Shown: positions 28,805 through 36,696 of the stretch, piece after piece
How positions within the stretch are numbered: the stretch's first letter is position 1
Layout: every line of letters starts with the position of its first letter
NCBI GenBank assembly: GCA_934476455.1
Contig: CAKSNY010000001.1
Coordinates: 23,673-87,672 of the forward strand
Origin: an uncultured Clostridia bacterium
GTDB lineage: Bacteria; Bacillota; Clostridia; UMGS1883
Length of the DNA: 64,000 nucleotides
Direction: 5' to 3'
Notes under the pieces: generated by a model
Seen by the model: only the letters and a program-made list of their open reading frames with translations
Told to the model about the DNA's origin: nothing
Database searches by the model: none
Program-made: the position numbers and the translations under genes

Positions 28805-31450
28805 ATGAATGTGAAAAAAGGAAAAAAAATAATGATTATGTTATTGTCGGTTGTATTGTTTGTGAACTTTTCGGGTGTGCAGCTGTATGCCGATGCTGCA
28901 TATCCCGAAAAGTACGCATATTTGTTAAACAGCGCACCCGACAGCGCATATGCAATTATAGGTAAAAAAACCGATCAGCATTATTGCAAATTTATTGACG
29001 GTCGGGAAAGTGGAATAACAGACAGCAATAATATACTTTATTCCGCCGATACTGAGATTGACGGAATCGATGCAAGGTATTTTAATGTAAACAATTATTT
29101 GTGCATAGCTTATGATAGCGGTTTCTACGGCAAGGATGACCACAGTTTTCTGTTTTCGGTTGTTTATTATGATTACGGACCGGGACAGGGAAAATTTTAT
29201 CTTGACTATTACAGTACAAACGGAAGCATAAATCGTGTAACAATGATAAAGCCGGGAAAGGTTCAGGGATGGTTTGCAAACACCGTTTGCGTCGATGATA
29301 TAGATATGACAAAAACCTTTGCCGAGGGCGGAAATATAAGAATAATTACAAGTGGAAAAAATGCATTCAAAAAGGTGGAAACAGCAAATCTCTCACGCCT
29401 GCGGTTAAACAAGCAAAGCGCGCAGCTAAGCTGTCTCGGGTCAACAAGGGTAGATGTAATGCAGCAGCTGGGCTTTTTACAAAACTTTGAAAAGTCAAAT
29501 ATGGGCAAAGACTGCACTAAACGGGAAGCATGGATAATGCTTTCAAAAATATGCGGTGAAGATTATAAAAGTATTCCGGATAAATATGATGATTCTGCCA
29601 TAACTCAGGGCGAGCTTTTAAAGTTATATATGGACAAGCTGGGGATGTATTTCTCAACGGACGCTATCAGTGCTGCTGAAACCGTGCAGCTTATTTCGTT
29701 ATCTGAACTTTTTTTGTCTGAAAACAGCCCCGCGAGTGAATATAATCTTATAAATCTTACATATAGGGCGCTTTTCTTTAAATCCGAGGGGAAAAAATCG
29801 CTTGCGGCTGTGCTTATTGAAAGAGACTTTTTCCCGAGCAGTGTTATAAAAGAAGTGTCGGATCAGCTGTTTGTTTCGGAATATTACAGCGTCCCGCGAA
29901 AATGCCGGTCCGAAAAAATAGAAGATCAAGAGACAGGGCGAACATATTATTATATGAATATGTTCGGGGAACCGGCATTGCGGCCGTATCTTACCCTTCA
30001 ATCGTGGATGGAAGATGGAACAGGTTTTTTGGTAGGTACAAAAACAAACGGTATTTACAATTTGTTTTTGTACAATATAGAGAACGAAACAGTTACATTC
30101 ATAGATACTGATTTGGAAACCTACGGTAATGACCACATAGACGCATGCGTTGGGACAGATAATAAAATTTACTATGTAAAGCGTACAAACGGACACAACA
30201 GCATATGGTGTGCCGAAACAGAAAAATACACAAAAACATTGCTTATAGATATTCCGGATATGGTTAAGGTAGGCGGTATATCTCTTACAAACGACTGTAA
30301 TTATATTGGTTTTGATTATTCCGAACCATACACACCCGACAAACCGTATCCCGAAAATTCAAAGCTTGGCGCACGTCTGAACATACGTACGGGTGAATGG
30401 AAAATATTTGCACACAAATGGAGTTTTTCAAACATTCTAAACCATACGCAAATAAACCCAAAATATCCGAATCTGCTGTTCTTTTGTCATGAGATTGCAG
30501 GCTCAACGGGATATCAGGGAATCCTGGATGACAGACTGTGGACTGTGGATCTGGATAGCGGAAAACAGCAATGCGTATTTATACAAGGGCAGGATTGCGG
30601 GGAAACAATAATTCAGCCAACACATGAAACGTGGTCAAATGACGGTGAAAAGCTGTATTTTGTTTACTGTTCTGGTCTGGGGAACGGGTTGTATGCGCTC
30701 GACAAGGACGGTCGTCATAGGCAATTTTATTTAAATCCATACGGTTATTCATATTCGCACTGCTTTGGAAGCGGGGATAATAAGTATCTTGTTGCAGACG
30801 GACGGTTTATAACCGTTGTAAATACACAGACACATCAGGCATACAAAATTGCACGTTGGTTTAAAAATGCTTTTAATGATCATCCGTACCATCCGCACCC
30901 TCATGTTGCACGTAATTTTTACAAAACCAATTGGGGGGCTGTTCACAATGATGTTTTGGGTGTAATGTGGTATGATTTTTCGGAGATAGATGAAAATGAG
31001 ACGGCTGTAGGCGGATTTAAACGTCTTAATGATACTGCAAGATATGTAAGCTACAGTGATTTGGATTGTAAAGTAGAAGCTGTGAAAAAGGATGGAATTG
31101 ACTGCATCAAAGTCTCAGGCGGAAATTCTCTTTATATTGATGTCGATGAAAATATAGTTGACGCAGTCGACGCTTCGGCGGAAATAGAGTTTGAATATTA
31201 TGATTACGGATATTCGCCCGTAATTCTTACCTACACGCGTGGTTTTAAAAGCAATGAAGATTATTGGAAGACCGGTAACGGTCAGCTTGTTGTTGAAAGA
31301 AACAACACAAAAAAATGGGAAAAAGCGAAGCTGTATATTGACAGCGGAAATTTTGAGAACATAGGAAAGTATTCGACGGATTTTAAAATCGGCGGATTAA
31401 ATTCAGAGGTATATATAAAAGATGTTAAAGTTAGAAGGAGTGTAAAGTGA
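28805..31450 (+). CDS. Secreted multidomain protein: terminal 'YYDYG' beta-sandwich-like modules flanking a central beta-propeller resembling oligogalacturonate lyase (PL22)
   Basis: A signal peptide is present. The central region (LFFCHEIAGSTGYQGILDDRLWTVDLDSGKQ ... WSNDGEKLYFV) resembles the Ogl/PL22 propeller, including its LLFCHEG-type motif. The modules near both the N-terminus (FSVVYYDYGPGQGKF) and the C-terminus (IEFEYYDYGYSPVILTY) are similar to each other. Confidence 0.5.
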   Translation: MNVKKGKKIMIMLLSVVLFVNFSGVQLYADAAYPEKYAYLLNSAPDSAYAIIGKKTDQHYCKFIDGRESGITDSNNILYSADTEIDGIDARYFNVNNYLCIAYDSGFYGKDDHSFLFSVVYYDYGPGQGKFYLDYYSTNGSINRVTMIKPGKVQGWFANTVCVDDIDMTKTFAEGGNIRIITSGKNAFKKVETANLSRLRLNKQSAQLSCLGSTRVDVMQQLGFLQNFEKSNMGKDCTKREAWIMLSKICGEDYKSIPDKYDDSAITQGELLKLYMDKLGMYFSTDAISAAETVQLISLSELFLSENSPASEYNLINLTYRALFFKSEGKKSLAAVLIERDFFPSSVIKEVSDQLFVSEYYSVPRKCRSEKIEDQETGRTYYYMNMFGEPALRPYLTLQSWMEDGTGFLVGTKTNGIYNLFLYNIENETVTFIDTDLETYGNDHIDACVGTDNKIYYVKRTNGHNSIWCAETEKYTKTLLIDIPDMVKVGGISLTNDCNYIGFDYSEPYTPDKPYPENSKLGARLNIRTGEWKIFAHKWSFSNILNHTQINPKYPNLLFFCHEIAGSTGYQGILDDRLWTVDLDSGKQQCVFIQGQDCGETIIQPTHETWSNDGEKLYFVYCSGLGNGLYALDKDGRHRQFYLNPYGYSYSHCFGSGDNKYLVADGRFITVVNTQTHQAYKIARWFKNAFNDHPYHPHPHVARNFYKTNWGAVHNDVLGVMWYDFSEIDENETAVGGFKRLNDTARYVSYSDLDCKVEAVKKDGIDCIKVSGGNSLYIDVDENIVDAVDASAEIEFEYYDYGYSPVILTYTRGFKSNEDYWKTGNGQLVVERNNTKKWEKAKLYIDSGNFENIGKYSTDFKIGGLNSEVYIKDVKVRRSVK

Positions 31451-33009
31451 TGAAAAGGAAAAGAATATTATGCATATGTCTTGCGTCTTTCATGCTTTTT
31501 GTTTGCGGCTGCAACAAAAAACAGGCAACGCATTCAGTATCAAATTTGAAAAAAGGAGAGATTAGCTATCCGATAGACACCACGGAAAAGCTTACTTATT
31601 GGAGAATTCTCCCTTCAAATATTTCCGCTGATGTTTCAAATTTGGGCGAAACGGAATTTGCAAAAAACCTTAAAGAGGCTACAGGAATTGAGGTAGAATA
31701 CATACATCCCGCACAAGGGCAGGAAAACGCAATAAATTTGCTTTTGGCATCCGATGATTTGCCTGATATCATACAAACAGATTGGATAATGCAGTCGCCG
31801 ACAAGCTGTATTGAGCAGCAGCTTATATTAAAGCTTAACGACTATGTAAAAGATTATGCGCCGAACTTTGCAAATTTCCTTAAAGAAAATCAAGACCTTG
31901 CAAAGCAGGTTGTTGATGATGAGGGGAATTACTACTCGTTTCCGTTTATAAGAAATGACAAAACGCTCTACTCAAGCAGGGGAATTATAGTGCGCAGTGA
32001 TTTGTTTGATGAACTTGGACTGCAAATTCCGGAAACGATAGAGGAATGGGACAGAGCATTAGAAGCTGTAAAGAAAAAGTGCAAGACGCCCTTCGCAACG
32101 AATACGGCAGGTTTTATCGCTTTTATGGGTGGATTTGACGCTTTTAACAGTTTGTATTTAAAAGACAATAAAGTGCATTTCGGAGCTATAGAAGAAAATT
32201 ATAAAAAATATATAGCAAAACTTCACGAATGGTATGAAAAGGGATACATTGATAAAAACTACGCAATTGCAGATCAAAAGATGATGGATTCGGCTATGCT
32301 TAATGGCGAATCCGCAATAACTGTAGGGTCGGGCGGTTCTACAATGGGTTCATACCTTTCTGCAAAGCCTAATGATAAATACAGTCTCAGTGCTGCAAAA
32401 TTTCCGTCCGTTAAAAAGGGCGTAAATTCGAAATTCAGTGTAAGCTCTACGAGATATTCAAATACCGGAGCGGCTGTTTCAACAAACTGTAAACACCCGG
32501 AGCTTGCGGTGCGTTTTCTTGATTTTGGTTACAGCGAAAAAGGTGCACTTTTCTATAATTTTGGGAAAGAAGGCGAAAGCTATAATATGATAAACGATTA
32601 CCCTACGTATAAGCCCGAGCTTCTTTCACCGAAAAACGGCAAGTCTGCCGCACAAATGCTTACGCTTAATTGCTTGGGTCCGGTTGACGGTCCGTTTTTA
32701 CAGGATAAGAGATATTTAGAGCAGTACTATACAAATGATAGCCAAAAGAAAGCGGTTGAAAGGTGGGCTGAAACAGATTGGCAGGATTATCGATTGCCCG
32801 CGCTTACATTGACGGCAGAGGAAACAGAAGAATACAACTCGATTATGAGTGAAATAAACATTTATCTGGATGAAATGCTGAACAATATGATTATAGGAAA
32901 GGTTTCCGTAGATAAATTTAATGACTATGTCAAGACTGCGAAGACAATGGGTATTGAAAGAGCAATAAAAATACAACAGGATGCGTATGACAGGTATCTT
33001 AAGAGATAA
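31447..33009 (+). CDS. Extracellular solute-binding lipoprotein (family 1, LplA-like)
   Basis: Signal peptide with lipobox (FMLFVCGCNKK). At 520 aa it is a paralog of the 16731..18308 binding protein and sits adjacent to two permeases. Confidence 0.8.
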   Translation: MMKRKRILCICLASFMLFVCGCNKKQATHSVSNLKKGEISYPIDTTEKLTYWRILPSNISADVSNLGETEFAKNLKEATGIEVEYIHPAQGQENAINLLLASDDLPDIIQTDWIMQSPTSCIEQQLILKLNDYVKDYAPNFANFLKENQDLAKQVVDDEGNYYSFPFIRNDKTLYSSRGIIVRSDLFDELGLQIPETIEEWDRALEAVKKKCKTPFATNTAGFIAFMGGFDAFNSLYLKDNKVHFGAIEENYKKYIAKLHEWYEKGYIDKNYAIADQKMMDSAMLNGESAITVGSGGSTMGSYLSAKPNDKYSLSAAKFPSVKKGVNSKFSVSSTRYSNTGAAVSTNCKHPELAVRFLDFGYSEKGALFYNFGKEGESYNMINDYPTYKPELLSPKNGKSAAQMLTLNCLGPVDGPFLQDKRYLEQYYTNDSQKKAVERWAETDWQDYRLPALTLTAEETEEYNSIMSEINIYLDEMLNNMIIGKVSVDKFNDYVKTAKTMGIERAIKIQQDAYDRYLKR

Positions 33010-33074
33010 ATTAGTGCCGGGCTTAATCAACGGAAAATGACTTTCCGGATATTGACCGAGAGGAGCAACAACAA

Positions 33075-34016
33075 ATGTCATCAATGCAAAAGAAATTATA
33101 CAAAGAATCATTTTGGGAGAGAGCGAAAAAGGATATAAAAAAGAACAAGGTTTTGTATTTGCTTGTATTATTACCGCTTGCATATTATATAGTATTTCAA
33201 TATGTGCCGATGTATGGGATAGTTATAGCATTTAAGCGATATATTCCTGCTCTTGGCATAAATGACAGTCCGTGGGTAGGATTCAGTCACTTCAAAAAGT
33301 TCTTTGAAAGCGTATATTTTTGGCGAATTTTGAAAAATACTTTCCGAATAAGCTTTTTCAGTATTATGTTCGGATTTCCCGCACCGATACTGCTTGCATT
33401 GCTTATAAACGAATTGTCGAATAAGTATTTTGTAAAAAGCGTGCAAACCATAACATACCTTCCGCATTTTGTTTCTATGGTTGTTATATGCGGCATAATA
33501 AAAAGCTTTACCGGAACAAACGGAATAATAACAAACATATTATCGTATTTTACGCATGATACTACTTCTGTGCTCATGCACCCGGAATATTTTACGGCGG
33601 TATATGTGTTATCAAATATATGGCAAGGGATAGGCTGGGGCTCAATAATCTATTTTGCCGCGCTGACAAATATCAATTCGGAATTGTATGAAGCGTGCGA
33701 AATAGACGGCGGCGGCAGACTACGCCAGGCAATCCATGTAACCATCCCGGGAATTTTGCCGACAATCATAATAATGCTTATTATGCGTGTGGGCAGTATA
33801 CTTAATGTAGGCTATGAGAAAATAATTTTGCTTTACAATCCGCTTACATATAAAACGGCGGATGTTATATCAACGTATGTTTACAGAAAAGGTCTTTTGG
33901 AAAACAACTACAGTTACGCAACGGCGGTAGGATTGTTTAATTCTGTTGTAAACGTTATCTTTTTGTGCCTTTGCAATAGGTTTTGCAGAAAGGTTTCAGA
34001 TACAAGCTTATGGTGA
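33075..34016 (+). CDS. Carbohydrate ABC transporter permease (LplB-like)
   Basis: Paralog of the 14844..15791 permease (LLVLLPLAYYIVFQYVPMYGIVIAFKRY, plus an EAA-loop region ACEIDGGGRLRQ). Confidence 0.85.
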   Translation: MSSMQKKLYKESFWERAKKDIKKNKVLYLLVLLPLAYYIVFQYVPMYGIVIAFKRYIPALGINDSPWVGFSHFKKFFESVYFWRILKNTFRISFFSIMFGFPAPILLALLINELSNKYFVKSVQTITYLPHFVSMVVICGIIKSFTGTNGIITNILSYFTHDTTSVLMHPEYFTAVYVLSNIWQGIGWGSIIYFAALTNINSELYEACEIDGGGRLRQAIHVTIPGILPTIIIMLIMRVGSILNVGYEKIILLYNPLTYKTADVISTYVYRKGLLENNYSYATAVGLFNSVVNVIFLCLCNRFCRKVSDTSLW

Positions 34017-34045
34017 CCTACCGATGCTCAGAGGAGAGAGAATAT

Positions 34046-34924
34046 ATGAAAAAATTAACTTTATCGCGCAAGGCGTTCCTTGTTTTTGATGTGACACTGC
34101 TGGCGCTTTTGATTGCAGTGTGCGCATATCCTCTTATCTATGTGCTGTTTGCTTCATTCAGCGACTCGAATTTACTTATCAAGCACAGCGGATTTTTGTT
34201 AAAACCGCTTGGGTTTAACATTATGTCATACAAGGCAGTGTTCAGCAACCCGATGATAGGAAAGGGATATTTAAACACCCTGTTTATACTGGTGGTAGGT
34301 GTAGCTATAAATATTATGATGACATCACTGGCAGCATATTTCCTTTCAAGGAGAAATGTTATGTTTAAAGCTCCCATTATGGCAATAATGCTTTTTACAA
34401 TGTATTTTTCCGGCGGTATTATTCCCAGCTATATTACAATTAAAAATTTGGGCTTGTACGATTCGCTATGGTCGCTTATTCTTCCCGTTTCAATCAGTAC
34501 ATATAACCTTATAATTATGCGTACATCTTTCCAGGGGATACCTGCAAGCCTTGAGGAAGCGGCATATCTTGACGGTGCAGGTCATTTAACAATAATACGT
34601 TATGTTATTTTGCCGCTTTCAAAGGCGATAATTGCCGTAATGGTATTATATTACGGTGTGGAATATTGGAACTCGTGGTTTAACGCAAGTATATATCTAA
34701 ACGACAGAAGCAAATATCCTTTGCAGCTTGTGTTAAGAGAAATATTACTGCAAAATGATATTTCAAATATGGCGGGCGGAGCTGAGGCAGGCGATGTGTA
34801 CAGTGTTGCCGAAAGTATTAAATATGCAGTAATCGTTGTTGCAACCTTTCCTATTTTATGTTTATATCCGTATTTGCAAAAATACTTTGTAAAGGGTGTA
34901 ATGATAGGCTCTTTGAAAGGATGA
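34046..34924 (+). CDS. Carbohydrate ABC transporter permease (LplC-like)
   Basis: Start trimmed to the ATG after GAGGAGAG. EAA motif EAAYLDGAGHLTIIRYVILPLSKA. Paralog of the 15820..16701 permease. Confidence 0.85.
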   Translation: MKKLTLSRKAFLVFDVTLLALLIAVCAYPLIYVLFASFSDSNLLIKHSGFLLKPLGFNIMSYKAVFSNPMIGKGYLNTLFILVVGVAINIMMTSLAAYFLSRRNVMFKAPIMAIMLFTMYFSGGIIPSYITIKNLGLYDSLWSLILPVSISTYNLIIMRTSFQGIPASLEEAAYLDGAGHLTIIRYVILPLSKAIIAVMVLYYGVEYWNSWFNASIYLNDRSKYPLQLVLREILLQNDISNMAGGAEAGDVYSVAESIKYAVIVVATFPILCLYPYLQKYFVKGVMIGSLKG

Positions 34925-34929
34925 TTTAT

Positions 34930-36675
34930 ATGTTGGCAAGTTGCTATTGCACTATAAGGAAATACATTCTGAAGAAAACGATATGCGGTGCGGTTGCTTT
35001 GCTTTTAGGAATTGCTTCCGTTATATCAAATGAAATTACCGCTGCAGCAGCGGTTTTGGATGCAGAATGGTCTGCTGATTATACTGATATGAAGCTGATA
35101 ATAAATGTGAATACATCCGCTCCATACATACAACAGATAACTGCAGTAATGTATCCTGCCGATATTACGGTGCCGACGTTTAATGACTATTCACGTGTCT
35201 GTGAAATTACGACAAATAAAAGCGGTAACAAAATAATTTTCGGAATTTATGACGACTTAAACGCTCCTGACGGGAAATACAAAATTGAACTGCGCGGGAA
35301 CGGATATATGGCAGAGCAATGTAAAAAAGACCTTGAGGTATATGTAATCTGTCCAAACAGAATAAAAGGTGCGGGAGGTCTTTTGGAAAGAGCAAATACG
35401 GAAAATTCATCGAACGGAATAAACGCGCTTATCGGAGAATTAAAAGATGGCCTTTTATTAACCGAGGAATCGGATAATGAAAGAAAAGAAATACGGGCAC
35501 AGGTGTTTGTCAATATCAGAAGCGACGACTTTAACGGCGCGTTTAAAAACCTCGATAATGTTAGGGAAGCCTGGCTCATTTCGGATATTTTGACGCATTT
35601 TAATGAAAGCTCGGCTTCAAAAGATTCTATAAAAGCAAAGATTGAACAGAATGCAGCCTTGCTGGATACAGATATTAACGACGCAGAGTACGATAAGTAT
35701 TCTGATGCGGTTTATTCAAGTATTTATACATTCAGAAATAATTATTGCAATAAAGGCATAAGATCATACACATTGTTAAAAAAATCTATAAAAGAGTTTT
35801 TGGCTCTTGCAATAATAAATGATTCCGATTTAGAGAACGGAAATTTAAAAAGCAACATAGAAACCTATTATAAAGACTTAGGCATACCCGAAGAATTATA
35901 TGCGCGTTATTCAAAGCTTGACAAATCAAACAAAGAGCTTGTTTTAAAACAGCTTTATCATAAAGACTTTGCAGATGGTACGGTTTTGCAAAAAGTATTC
36001 GGTGATGCAGTGGAGTATGTAGAAAAACAAGGTAATAAAAGTGATAATTCGGATAGCGGAAAATCATGGTCAGGCGGCGGTGGCGGTAGCTACAGCATTG
36101 CTTCGCCGAAGAATAACGAAATAAACACTGATGAATTTAGGTTTAATGATTGTCCTGAAACGCATTGGGCGTACAGTTATATAAAAAAACTGTGTAATAA
36201 AAATATTTTGTCGGGCTATGGGGACGGCAGCTTTTTACCGGAAAAAAATGTGAGTCGGGAAGAATTTGTGAAAATGATTATTTCCGCTGTCGGATTGTAC
36301 GACAAAGGTGCGGAATGTGAGTTTGCGGATGTTTCGAAAAGCAGCTGGAGCTACAGATATATTGCTTCTGCGCGTAATGCAGAGATCATTAACGGAATGA
36401 ATGATAATATATTCGGGGCGCAAAGCTTTGTAACACGTGAGGATGCCGCCGTTATCGCAAGTAGAGTTTTGAAAAGATTCGGTATAGATGCAGACGGTAT
36501 CGGAATTGTGTTTTCAGACGAAAATCTGATAAAGGATTACGCAAAGGAATGTGTTAATTCTCTCTCTGCGATGGGAATAATAACCGGTTATGAAGACGGA
36601 GGCTTTTATCCTCAGGGGAATCTTACCCGTGCACAGGCAGCAAAGATAATTTGTGAGATATGCCGCTATGTATAA
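34930..36675 (+). CDS. Cell-surface protein with N-terminal uncharacterised domain, helical region, Gly-rich linker and 3x C-terminal SLH domains
   Basis: Signal/TM segment ICGAVALLLGIASVI. WSGGGGGSYS linker. The SLH motifs are WAYSYIKKLCNKNILSGYGDGSF, WSYRYIASARNAEIINGM and YAKECVNSLSAMGIITGYEDGGF. The C-terminal half has the same architecture as the 9330..11672 protein. Confidence 0.7.
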   Translation: MLASCYCTIRKYILKKTICGAVALLLGIASVISNEITAAAAVLDAEWSADYTDMKLIINVNTSAPYIQQITAVMYPADITVPTFNDYSRVCEITTNKSGNKIIFGIYDDLNAPDGKYKIELRGNGYMAEQCKKDLEVYVICPNRIKGAGGLLERANTENSSNGINALIGELKDGLLLTEESDNERKEIRAQVFVNIRSDDFNGAFKNLDNVREAWLISDILTHFNESSASKDSIKAKIEQNAALLDTDINDAEYDKYSDAVYSSIYTFRNNYCNKGIRSYTLLKKSIKEFLALAIINDSDLENGNLKSNIETYYKDLGIPEELYARYSKLDKSNKELVLKQLYHKDFADGTVLQKVFGDAVEYVEKQGNKSDNSDSGKSWSGGGGGSYSIASPKNNEINTDEFRFNDCPETHWAYSYIKKLCNKNILSGYGDGSFLPEKNVSREEFVKMIISAVGLYDKGAECEFADVSKSSWSYRYIASARNAEIINGMNDNIFGAQSFVTREDAAVIASRVLKRFGIDADGIGIVFSDENLIKDYAKECVNSLSAMGIITGYEDGGFYPQGNLTRAQAAKIICEICRYV

Positions 36676-36696
36676 AATGGGGGAGGGCTAAATATA

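Noticed and set aside
33010-33074. Weak hairpin (cggaaa-atgac-tttccg) between the binding-protein gene and the first permease
   Set aside because: The 6-bp stem has no U-tract. It is at most a partial attenuator that might tune SBP-to-permease stoichiometry, and it is not strong enough to annotate.
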